From the IMG/VR virus record IMGVR_UViG_3300028920_000028: DNA of 57,259 nt; one strand, 5' to 3'. Shown in pieces: positions 43,421 through 51,979 of this stretch; position 1 is the stretch's first letter, and each line of letters starts with the position of its first letter. The translations under genes and the position numbers were made by a program. Origin of the DNA: an uncultured virus (IMG/VR IMGVR_UViG_3300028920_000028) (taxonomy: Duplodnaviria > Heunggongvirae > Uroviricota > Caudoviricetes). The notes beneath the pieces are model-generated. The model had not been told where the DNA came from. It saw only the letters and a list, made by a program, of their open reading frames with translations, and ran no database searches.

Positions 43421-46027
43421 CTAGATTTTCAGCCACAGGCACAATGCCAGAAACGCGTCCAAGGAAACCTTCCTGGACGACTCGTACCAAACCTCCCCGC
43501 TCTTCCTGTTCACCAGCGAAACCCTGCAGCGGGGGCCGATGAACATGCCCTCGCTTATGGCAAGCATTTTCAACGCCGCCTCGAGCTGGTGGACGGTTAT
43601 GATGTCCATGTCCTCGATCGGGTAGAGGAACACGCCCCGATGATCCATCCGATCCTTTATCTTGATATCCCGCAGGGCCTCGTCCGGCTCCGTCGACGAG
43701 GCCGCCTCCAACCTGTCGCGGGCCTTTTCGGAGGCCGCCAGCACCGCCTCCCGCACGGTCACCGTGAAATGGTGGAACTGCCCGTCGGACATCGTCTCCG
43801 TGGGCTCCCGGTCTGCGGCACTCGTTTCCCGCGGGGCCCTCCTCGGCTCCGTTTCCGGCACCGGCTCGGGCATCTGGATATCGGGTTCCGCGGGCACGCC
43901 CCCCTCGGCGCCGCCCTTGCAGGCTTCAGATCCCTGCTCGTCCTGGCGCGGGGCCGGGCTCGCGGCGGGTGCCGGCGCCGGCTCGGCCGGGGCACCCCCG
44001 CGCTCCTTCCAATAGTCGCGGTCGACGTGGAAGCTGTCCCCGTACTCGGCATCGACCTCGAGCGGGACGACCCACCCCAAGGCCTCCACCAAGTCCCTCA
44101 TCTTCATTATCTCGCAGAGTTCGGGGACGAAGAAGTCCATCTTGTCCTCCCTCACCTCGAACACGATTTCATCGTGTATGGGCATGAGCATGCGGACATC
44201 GTCGCCGTAGCCGTTGTCGCGTATCCACTTCCAGCAGCGGTAGAGGGCTATCTTGATGATGTCGGCCCCGGATCCTTGCACCGCCGAATTCACCGCGCAG
44301 CGGTCGCCCTTGGCCTGCACCTTCTTGTCCGTGGCCGCGTAGAACTCCTTCAAGGGCCTTCTTCGCCCGAACGCGGTCTTGCTGTAACCCCGTTTCCGGC
44401 TGCGCTTGATTTCGGCGTCGATCCACTTCTTCAAAGCCGGGTAGCCCCGGAAGAAATTGATGATCATCTTCCTGGCCGTCTCGAACGGGATCTTCGCCTG
44501 CGCGGCGAACCTGGACGCGCCCCCTCCGAACAATGTCAAGAAGTTGAGGGTCTTGCCTTTCGACCTCTCCTTCTTGTTTTTTTCGGCCGTCATCGACGGG
44601 TCGTTATATATCACCTTGGCCGTCATGAGGTGGAGGTCGCCGCTGCCCCTCTGGAAGACATCGAGCCACTTGGGTTCCCTGGAGAAGTTCGCCGCTATCC
44701 TAAGTTCCTCGCCGCTGTAGTCGATGGTGAGGATTTTGTACCCCTCTCGAGCCACGATGGCGCCGCGGAGGTCGAGCGCGTTCGGGTCGTCCTCGTCAGG
44801 CTTCGGTATGTTCTGGCAGTTGACGCCGCTGTACCCGTCCTCGTGCAGGCCCTTGCCCCCGCTCGCCGAGAACCGTCCGGTGTCGGCCCTCAGCTGGTTG
44901 AGCTGGAACTTGACGAATCCGTCCTCGTCAACGTTGTTTAGGAAGTTGTCGACGTACGTCCCGACGATCTTCTCGAGGCCGCGGTACTCCAGGATCATCT
45001 TAACGACAGGGGTGTCGGCTATCTTCATAAGGGTCCCCTCGTCCGTCTTGTACTGCCCGGACGCGGTCTTCTCCCTCTCGGGGTACTTGATGCCCATCTC
45101 CTCGAAGAGCATGACCCCGAGTTGCTTGGGGCTGTTGATGTCGACCTCCCGCCCGGCCGCCTCATATATGGCGGACGTGCACGTCCTCATCCTTCCGACG
45201 AGCTCCTCGCGCTTTTTCTGCAGGTACTCGATGTCGAGCCTGCACAGGTTGCGCTCCATCTCCATCACGGCGAACTGGCAGCGCTTCTCTATCTTCTCGT
45301 AGACCGCCCACGGGCCGCCCTTGCGGTCGGGGTCCTGCTCGTCGAGGGAGAGGGTGAAGTGCTCGTAGAGCCCGAACGTGTTCATGGCGTCGCTGCAGCC
45401 GTAATAGACGGCTATCTGCGGGGGGACGAGATCGAAGCGGATCAGCTTCTTCTTGCCGGAGGTGACCCCGAGCTTGGCGATGCCTATCATCTCGCGCCCG
45501 AGCTTGGACTCCGACAGCTTCTTCAAACCCCTGTCGCGCGAGGACGCGTCGTCCACGCCGGCCATCAAGTGCGTGTCCTCGTACATGCTCTCGTCGGCCA
45601 CGTCGATGCCGTGGTTGTGGAGCACCTGCCCGTCGAACTTGAAGAAGTGGTATATGCACCTGCAGTTCTTGACCAGGCGACCGAGCTCCCGCACCACGAA
45701 GTCGTAAGGGAGGTTGTACTCCCTGTCCTCGTGGGAGACGGGGACGTAGTAGCCGACGTACTTCGACTCGGCGAGGCACACCCCCACGATTTTGGTGGCG
45801 GGCTTCCCGTCCCGGCCGACCCTGGTGTTGAGGCCCGTGGTCTCGAGGTCGAGCGCGCAGAGCCCCAGGCCGATGAGCTTGTCGACGAGGTCCGTGAACT
45901 CCTCCCTGGTGCGGACAAGGTTGAAGGAGCACTCCTCCATCCACTCCTTCTTCTCGATCAGCCCCTTGACCTTGTCGTCAACGAACTCGGTCAGAAGGTC
46001 GCTCACGACCTGCAGTTCCTCACCCAT
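43421..46027 (-). CDS. polA: DNA polymerase family A with 3'-5' exonuclease
   Basis: LDLETTG, YGCSDA, DTGRFS, NCQNIP, DYSGEELR, R..GKTLNF, QGSGADIIK, IHDEIV. Confidence 0.96.
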   Translation of the reverse strand: MGEELQVVSDLLTEFVDDKVKGLIEKKEWMEECSFNLVRTREEFTDLVDKLIGLGLCALDLETTGLNTRVGRDGKPATKIVGVCLAESKYVGYYVPVSHEDREYNLPYDFVVRELGRLVKNCRCIYHFFKFDGQVLHNHGIDVADESMYEDTHLMAGVDDASSRDRGLKKLSESKLGREMIGIAKLGVTSGKKKLIRFDLVPPQIAVYYGCSDAMNTFGLYEHFTLSLDEQDPDRKGGPWAVYEKIEKRCQFAVMEMERNLCRLDIEYLQKKREELVGRMRTCTSAIYEAAGREVDINSPKQLGVMLFEEMGIKYPEREKTASGQYKTDEGTLMKIADTPVVKMILEYRGLEKIVGTYVDNFLNNVDEDGFVKFQLNQLRADTGRFSASGGKGLHEDGYSGVNCQNIPKPDEDDPNALDLRGAIVAREGYKILTIDYSGEELRIAANFSREPKWLDVFQRGSGDLHLMTAKVIYNDPSMTAEKNKKERSKGKTLNFLTLFGGGASRFAAQAKIPFETARKMIINFFRGYPALKKWIDAEIKRSRKRGYSKTAFGRRRPLKEFYAATDKKVQAKGDRCAVNSAVQGSGADIIKIALYRCWKWIRDNGYGDDVRMLMPIHDEIVFEVREDKMDFFVPELCEIMKMRDLVEALGWVVPLEVDAEYGDSFHVDRDYWKERGGAPAEPAPAPAASPAPRQDEQGSEACKGGAEGGVPAEPDIQMPEPVPETEPRRAPRETSAADREPTETMSDGQFHHFTVTVREAVLAASEKARDRLEAASSTEPDEALRDIKIKDRMDHRGVFLYPIEDMDIITVHQLEAALKMLAISEGMFIGPRCRVSLVNRKSGEVWYESSRKVSLDAFLALCLWLKI

Positions 46028-46574
46028 TTCTCGCCCCTTCCACCACCCTCAGCACGGCGCCCCGCAGCGTTTCCGCCGCCTCCCGCCTCTTGTCCTCGGG
46101 GGTCGCGTGCCTCAGTAGCATGTACGCAAAGACGATCCTCTCGTACTTCTCGTCCTCCAGCCTCCCGCGCAGCATCCGTATCGCCTGCAAAAGGCGCTCC
46201 ACCACCAAAGCCGACTCGTCCACCTTGACGGCCGGAGCCTCGATGCGGCGCCGCCTCGTCTCCTCGATGGCCTCGGGCAGGTCCCCCGTCGGTATACGGT
46301 ATTGCCGGACCAGGTACGAGACGGCCTGCCAGAATGTCATCGCCTCCCGCTGCTGGACGTACGAGAACAGATCCCACCGCCTCTTGCACACCCAGCAGTA
46401 CGACGAGTCCGTGTCCGCGTAGTACCGCGCGCTCTTCTTCCTGTCGGCCCCGTGGAAGTCGCAGCTGTACTGCTCCTCCATGTCGGCGACCGGTATCTTC
46501 CCCTCGGCCGCGAGCAGATCCCCGAGCGTCACGTACTCGGCGATTCTCCTCTTCAGCGACTCGAAATCCTTCAT
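46020..46574 (-). CDS. Primase-type CHC2 zinc-finger protein (no TOPRIM domain)
   Basis: CDFH.......S......YCWVC, DLFSYVQ..E.MTF.QAV. Confidence 0.8.
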   Translation of the reverse strand: MKDFESLKRRIAEYVTLGDLLAAEGKIPVADMEEQYSCDFHGADRKKSARYYADTDSSYCWVCKRRWDLFSYVQQREAMTFWQAVSYLVRQYRIPTGDLPEAIEETRRRRIEAPAVKVDESALVVERLLQAIRMLRGRLEDEKYERIVFAYMLLRHATPEDKRREAAETLRGAVLRVVEGARNG

Positions 46575-46575
46575 C

Positions 46576-48111
46576 CTACGTCCTGGACAGCACGGTCTCC
46601 ATGTTCCCGACCGGGTCGCTGCCCGACTCGCCGGAGAAGTCGTATATGTACTTGCTCTCGAAGTCTATGCTGGCCTGGAAGGGGTCGAAATGCTTCTGCC
46701 TCCGGTTTTTCAGGTTGCATACCTTCATCAAGCCGTTCTTCCTGTCGTCGTCGCTGATGAAGAGGGTGATGGCGACGTCGCTCGACCGCTCCGCCTCGTG
46801 GGCGCCGGAGAAGCACGTCGGCTGGTACAGCCCGTCGTTGGCCTTCGCGTCCTTGAAGCTGTCCCTGTTGACCTGGAAGGGCGAGAGTATCCGGAGGCCC
46901 TTGCCGTTGTTGAAGGTCATGCAGAGGCGCTTGAGGGACTTGATGATGTTGTTCACGTTCTCGTTGTGGTCGCGGCTCCGAAGCTCCCGATCGATGGCGA
47001 GCATGCTGATGTAGTCCACCACGAGGAACTCGAGGTCGCGCCCGTCGGCCTGGTACTCCTGCTGCCACTGCCTGGCCTTGAAGTCGATGTCCGAGACGGT
47101 GACGGCGGGCTGCGACGGCTGCCACACCGTGAACCGGCCGAAGTCCGGCGAGTCCTCGAAGTCCTTGCACACTATCTCGAAGAACTCCTCCTCCTTCTCG
47201 CTCAACTCCCCGTAGGTGACATCGTTGTAGGATATGTTCCCGATGACGTCGGCGTACTCCGGGCACATCTTCCTGAACCTCCGCTGGTTGCAGCTGTGGA
47301 GGACATACAGCGCCTGCCTTATCTCCTTGAAGTTCATCTCGAGCGACACGAACGCCGTGTTCCACCCGCTGTACAGCGCCCTGTACCCCATGTTCAAACT
47401 GAACGTGGTCTTGCAATGCCCGGTCCACGCAGCGACGAGCATCAGCTCCTGGTTTTTGAGGCCCTTGCAGTGCCGGTCTATCTGCGATATCCCGGTGTAG
47501 ATGCCCAAAGCCTCGGTCGGATCCTTTTTCACTTTCTCATACTCCTCCATGACCTCGTGTGAGTCCTCGGCGCTGACGATTTGCGACTCCGTCTTCACGC
47601 CGTACATGTCGCGCATCATGTCCTTGGTTTCCTGGGCGAAGTAGCTTATCGCCTCCGGGACCCCCTTGAGGATCCGTTTTGTCCTCCCCCTGCCGGTTTC
47701 CAGCCCCACCGACGCTATCTTGTTGGCGTTCGACAAAACGCGCTCCAGCTTCAGGACGCGCTGGTCGTCGTTGTACGTCCGCAGGAGGGCCTTGTAGTCC
47801 TGACCGACGTACGGCTGCTGAAGGCGTATCTTCTCGAGGAGCGCGAGGACGGTCTCGTTGCCCTCGACGGTCTCGAAGTGGCTTTTGACGTACTCGTAGG
47901 ACGGCAGCTCCGGCGACGACGGGTCGCAGTCGCGGAGGTGGTTGTGCAGGAAGTGGTAGAGGGTCTTGAACGCCTTGTCCTCGGGGGCGTCCGGCACGAC
48001 CTGCTGCAGCGACCTGAAGTTCTTGACCAGGTCGGGCTGCGTGATCGTGGGCTGCCCCCCGGCGCCTTTGAAGTTGATTATCGAGCGGAATACGGACTCA
48101 AGGTCTACCAT
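46576..48111 (-). CDS. dnaB: DnaB-like replicative helicase
   Basis: TGISQID, AAWTGHCKTT, FVSLEM, VVDYI, FQVNR, KNR. Confidence 0.88.
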   Translation of the reverse strand: MVDLESVFRSIINFKGAGGQPTITQPDLVKNFRSLQQVVPDAPEDKAFKTLYHFLHNHLRDCDPSSPELPSYEYVKSHFETVEGNETVLALLEKIRLQQPYVGQDYKALLRTYNDDQRVLKLERVLSNANKIASVGLETGRGRTKRILKGVPEAISYFAQETKDMMRDMYGVKTESQIVSAEDSHEVMEEYEKVKKDPTEALGIYTGISQIDRHCKGLKNQELMLVAAWTGHCKTTFSLNMGYRALYSGWNTAFVSLEMNFKEIRQALYVLHSCNQRRFRKMCPEYADVIGNISYNDVTYGELSEKEEEFFEIVCKDFEDSPDFGRFTVWQPSQPAVTVSDIDFKARQWQQEYQADGRDLEFLVVDYISMLAIDRELRSRDHNENVNNIIKSLKRLCMTFNNGKGLRILSPFQVNRDSFKDAKANDGLYQPTCFSGAHEAERSSDVAITLFISDDDRKNGLMKVCNLKNRRQKHFDPFQASIDFESKYIYDFSGESGSDPVGNMETVLSRT

Positions 48112-48121
48112 AATCCCCCCC

Positions 48122-48832
48122 TCACAAGTCGGCGGCCATCGACTGCGCCCTGCGCGCCGATTCCGATGAGGAGCGTGACCGCGTCCCATGCCCCTTGAGC
48201 CCCGAGAACGCGGTGTCGACGTTGAGCGAGGGCCATCCCTCTATCAAATCGGACGCGGACCCCCGGGACTCGTCGGCGGAAAACTCCTTGCTGCCCAGGA
48301 GGGCCGCGCTGTCCGGCGCGTACAGCCACGTGGGCCTGCGCGCCCGTATCCTGTTGGCCATGACCTCCTGCGTGCCCGGGGCGATGGCGCGGTTGTTCAC
48401 CCGGGCGACGCACATGATGACGAGGAGGTCGAGCGGCGTGAGGAGGTCGACGGTGGGGATGACGCCGTTGGGTTGCGCCATGGCGTACTTCTCGGCGATG
48501 TCCGCGCCCGTCAGCGCGTCGAAGCGCTTGTTGAACGGAAAGTGGATGATGAAGAACGCCTTGACCACGTACAGGAAGAGGCTCTCGCTGCCGTAGAACA
48601 GCATGTCCTTGAAGGGCAGCTCCCTGCACACCCGTATGCAGTCCTCGCCGTCAACGTATCCCACCCCGGCGATTCTCTCGTGCCTCTCCGACACGTACCT
48701 GTTGAGGGTGCATATGCACGGCGTGGAGATCTCGCTGGAGACCGGGCGGCCGTTCACGTCGAGGTCGCCGCGGGGGATGATTTTCCTTCCCTTGCCCCCG
48801 CAGTACGGGCAAGGGCCATTTCCATCTGTCAT
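48122..48832 (-). CDS. Degenerate DnaC/helicase-loader-like protein
   Basis: CPYCGGKG...PCIC Zn module, DLLVI strand, NR..ARRPTW; no Walker A; adjacent to DnaB. Confidence 0.55.
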   Translation of the reverse strand: MTDGNGPCPYCGGKGRKIIPRGDLDVNGRPVSSEISTPCICTLNRYVSERHERIAGVGYVDGEDCIRVCRELPFKDMLFYGSESLFLYVVKAFFIIHFPFNKRFDALTGADIAEKYAMAQPNGVIPTVDLLTPLDLLVIMCVARVNNRAIAPGTQEVMANRIRARRPTWLYAPDSAALLGSKEFSADESRGSASDLIEGWPSLNVDTAFSGLKGHGTRSRSSSESARRAQSMAADL

Positions 48833-48861
48833 TCTGCCTCCCGCGCGGAACGACCGCGCAA

Positions 48862-50604
48862 TCATTCAAAAACCGAATGGAACAGCTCGTCTATCTCGTT
48901 CTCCGAATCGCCGAACAGGCCGCCGTCGCCCTTGAACTCGATGGCGCCCTCCGCGATGTCGCCCATCACATCGGTGATGAGGTTCTTCTTTCCCTCCAGT
49001 ATCTTGATGACGTGCTCGTCGATGGTGCCCCTGCACACCATGTGGACGAGCACTATGTGGTCGTATATGCTGCCTATCCTCTGGGCGCGCCCGATGGACT
49101 GGTACAGGTCCCCGTACGACCACGGCGTGTCGTAGAAGAGGATCACGTTCGCCGCCTGGAGGTTGATGGCCGCCGACCCGGCGGTGGTGATGAATATGAC
49201 CTCGACTCCCCCGTCCGGGTCCTGAAACGCCTTGCGGGCCTCCTCGCGCTCCTCGGATGTCTTGTCCCCGTCTATCCGCACGTACTTGATGCCGAGGGCG
49301 TCGAGGATGCCCTCCAGCCGCACTATGCCCGACTTGAAGCGCGTGAACACGATGACCTTGTCGCCCTTCAGCTCCTCGTCGAAGAGGCGCTTGAACTCGG
49401 CCTCCTTGGCGCTGTCGCCCCTCTCGCGAACCCACTCCGGGCCGTTGGACACAAGCTGGCAGAAGGACAGGGCGGCTATTTTGCTGTCCTGCAGGCCGCC
49501 CTCGGTGAGGGAATGGTCGTATTGGGCGGCCAGCCTCTCGAGGGCCTCCTCGTCCCGGGCGGTGGGCTCCGCGCTGGACTCCACCCTCTCCTTCATTTCG
49601 AAGTAGCGGTCGCGGACGACCTTGCGGTACAGCTCGCCGGACAGGGCCTGCTTGTACAGGTTCCTCTGCTCGGGGAACATGTCGATCTCGACTTTCTTCG
49701 AAATCAGCCGCGGGAGCTCCGCGGCCACCTCCCTGGTGCGCCGTATCAGGAAGTACGGGTCGATCTTGTCCTTGAAGTCGTCGAGGTTGACGTAGCCGAC
49801 TATCTCGTTGAAGTACCGCCTTTTGCCGTGCCTGAATATGGAGCGCTTCTTGCGGACGGTGTATCGCTGGAAGAACTTGTTCTTGCCGCCGAAGAGGCCC
49901 GGTACGACCACCCGGTATATGTTGTACGCCTCCTCCAGCCTGTTCTTTATCAGGGTCGCGCTGACGCCGTAGACCCTGCTGGCCGCCGAGGCTATCTTGT
50001 CGGCGCCGAAATGGGTCTTGGTCTTGTTGTTCTTGATGGCCTGCACCTCGTCGAAGGCCACCATGAAGTTGCCGCCCCGGTTGGAGATCAGGAACTCGTA
50101 GTCCTCCTGGACGTTGTAGTACCCGCATATGAGGACGTCGGCGTCGATCGTGTCGTACTGCGCCTTGCGGGCCTCGAAGTTGTTCAGGGTCCTGTACTTC
50201 GCGCCCGAGGCCTTCATCTCGTCGACCGTGCCGTGGCGTTTGCCGTCCCTTGAGACGGCGTACTTGTTGCGCAGGACGTGCACGGACACCCCGGTGGTGA
50301 ACTTCTCGAACTCCCCGGCCCATTGGAACATGGCCGACTTCGGGGTGATGACGAGCAGCTTGAGGGTCGAATCCTTCGCCAGGCTGTAGCAGTAGCCAGC
50401 GATGACCTGGACGGTCTTACCCAAGCCCACGGCGTCGCCGAGGATCATGCGCGCCAGGCACAGGAAGTGCAGGCAGCCTATTACCTGATAGTATCTTAGC
50501 TTTGTGGAGGGGCGGATATACGGGCAGGGCTTCAGGGAGGCGTTCTTGCTCGCCCTGATTTTCATCAGGAAGTCGTAGTTCGACGGCTTGACTGAAAAGC
50601 CCAT
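48862..50604 (-). CDS. SNF2-family helicase
   Basis: LRYYQ, GDAVGLGKT, FDEVQ, SATLIKN, AINLQAA, QSIGRAQRIG. Confidence 0.93.
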   Translation of the reverse strand: MGFSVKPSNYDFLMKIRASKNASLKPCPYIRPSTKLRYYQVIGCLHFLCLARMILGDAVGLGKTVQVIAGYCYSLAKDSTLKLLVITPKSAMFQWAGEFEKFTTGVSVHVLRNKYAVSRDGKRHGTVDEMKASGAKYRTLNNFEARKAQYDTIDADVLICGYYNVQEDYEFLISNRGGNFMVAFDEVQAIKNNKTKTHFGADKIASAASRVYGVSATLIKNRLEEAYNIYRVVVPGLFGGKNKFFQRYTVRKKRSIFRHGKRRYFNEIVGYVNLDDFKDKIDPYFLIRRTREVAAELPRLISKKVEIDMFPEQRNLYKQALSGELYRKVVRDRYFEMKERVESSAEPTARDEEALERLAAQYDHSLTEGGLQDSKIAALSFCQLVSNGPEWVRERGDSAKEAEFKRLFDEELKGDKVIVFTRFKSGIVRLEGILDALGIKYVRIDGDKTSEEREEARKAFQDPDGGVEVIFITTAGSAAINLQAANVILFYDTPWSYGDLYQSIGRAQRIGSIYDHIVLVHMVCRGTIDEHVIKILEGKKNLITDVMGDIAEGAIEFKGDGGLFGDSENEIDELFHSVFE

Positions 50605-50648
50605 ATTTCCAGAAACTTTCCGGCGCGGGGTTGGACAACGCGTACCTG

Positions 50649-50677
50649 AATATACCAACCGTGCCGGCTGAATCTAA
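50649..50677 (-). promoter_or_regulatory. Putative promoter TTAGAT-N17-TATATT
   Basis: Upstream of the replication operon. Confidence 0.55.
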
Positions 50678-50727
50678 ACTAGGAACCTGAAAAACGAAAC
50701 ATACATCGTGGCTATCAGGTTCGCAAC

Positions 50728-51969
50728 CTACATCTTCGGGCCCATGCCCTGCGAACCGACCTGCTTCACGATGGTCTGGTGCATCTTCTCGATTTCCTGC
50801 TGCTTCTTCGCGATGTCGCTGAACAGCTTGGAGGCGTCCTCGTTCTTCTTCGGATCGGACGATATGGGAACCGACGGCTGATCCGCCGACGAGGTCCCGG
50901 TGGCGCTCGGGGCGGTCGTGGCGGGGCCCTTGGACATGATCTGCGCCACCACCCTCCTCGCCGCCTGCCTGATGTCCATGCTTTCCTGCTGGTCCCTGAC
51001 GAGCCTCTGCATCACGTCCGTGCCGCCCGAATAAGGCTCGGAGGCGTAGTCCCCCTTGCTCCGGCGCCGTTTGCCTTTTGAGGCCGTTTTCAGGGCGCTG
51101 TCGCCCGGTTCGACCTTCTCCCCCTCCGTCGGGGCCACGGGCTGCGTACCGGGCTTGAAACGCGGCCCCTCGGCCTCCTGCGGCTCCCCCGGGCCCTCCA
51201 TCTTGTCCTTGAGGGACTCTTTTTCCTCGCCCTCCCCCTCCTTGACGTAGGGGGCCACCTGCTCCTGATAGGCCTTCTGGCCCCCAAGGTAGTGGCCATA
51301 CCCGCCCTTGATCTGGTCGTGGGTCGGCTTGCTGAGATCGGGGAGCATCAGCTGCCTGAGGTTCGGCACGTAGATTCTGTACTCGTCGAACTTCCTGGAG
51401 AACACATCGTAGGCCATCTTGTTCCCGGCGGGCACGATGTTCTTGAGCAACATCTGCCCTATGTCGGCGGGCGCCTTCTGGTCGATATACACGGAGTCCG
51501 ACCCTGTGTCGGGGTTGATAACGTTCTCGTTACCCGACTTGTCCTCGAACAACAGGAAATCCGCCTCGATCGTCTCGGCGGTCACGGGGGCGCCGTCCGG
51601 GTACACCCGGGCGGTGTTCTCCCTTTTTGTGCCAATCGGGTTCAGGTCGCAGGTGTAGACCACGTAGGTCTTGCCGTCCTGGCTGTACCTGTTGGTGCGG
51701 AGCGCGATTTTGTTCCAGACGAAGTAGTCCGCGAAGTACTGGCCCGTGTTGCCGCCCTGCAGCTTCTGCACGAGGGCCTGCTTCTCGGGGGAATCCCTCC
51801 TCAGGATGTCGCTCATCGAGGTGAACTGTATGGAGCTCTCGGGGGGCGCCTCAAAGAAGTAGTATCTCCTCGTGTCGACGGCCGGCTGTCCCCTGTCGGG
51901 GTCGGCCATGGGCTTGTCACCCTCGGCTTGCGCGGCGTATTTGTCCAAGACGTCGTATACAGTGACCAT
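50728..51969 (-). CDS. Hypothetical protein, possibly virion-associated
   Basis: 413 aa; follows the structural genes. Confidence 0.7.
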   Translation of the reverse strand: MVTVYDVLDKYAAQAEGDKPMADPDRGQPAVDTRRYYFFEAPPESSIQFTSMSDILRRDSPEKQALVQKLQGGNTGQYFADYFVWNKIALRTNRYSQDGKTYVVYTCDLNPIGTKRENTARVYPDGAPVTAETIEADFLLFEDKSGNENVINPDTGSDSVYIDQKAPADIGQMLLKNIVPAGNKMAYDVFSRKFDEYRIYVPNLRQLMLPDLSKPTHDQIKGGYGHYLGGQKAYQEQVAPYVKEGEGEEKESLKDKMEGPGEPQEAEGPRFKPGTQPVAPTEGEKVEPGDSALKTASKGKRRRSKGDYASEPYSGGTDVMQRLVRDQQESMDIRQAARRVVAQIMSKGPATTAPSATGTSSADQPSVPISSDPKKNEDASKLFSDIAKKQQEIEKMHQTIVKQVGSQGMGPKM

Positions 51970-51979
51970 CGTGCTCTCC

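Noticed and set aside
46601..46615. 15-nt match (ATGTTCCCGACCGGG) to the twin palindrome
   Set aside because: Lies inside DnaB coding sequence and is not a full palindrome; probably chance
43421..50604. Inteins or introns in PolA, DnaB or SNF2
   Set aside because: Motif spacing is normal; no intein terminal motifs or frame breaks seen
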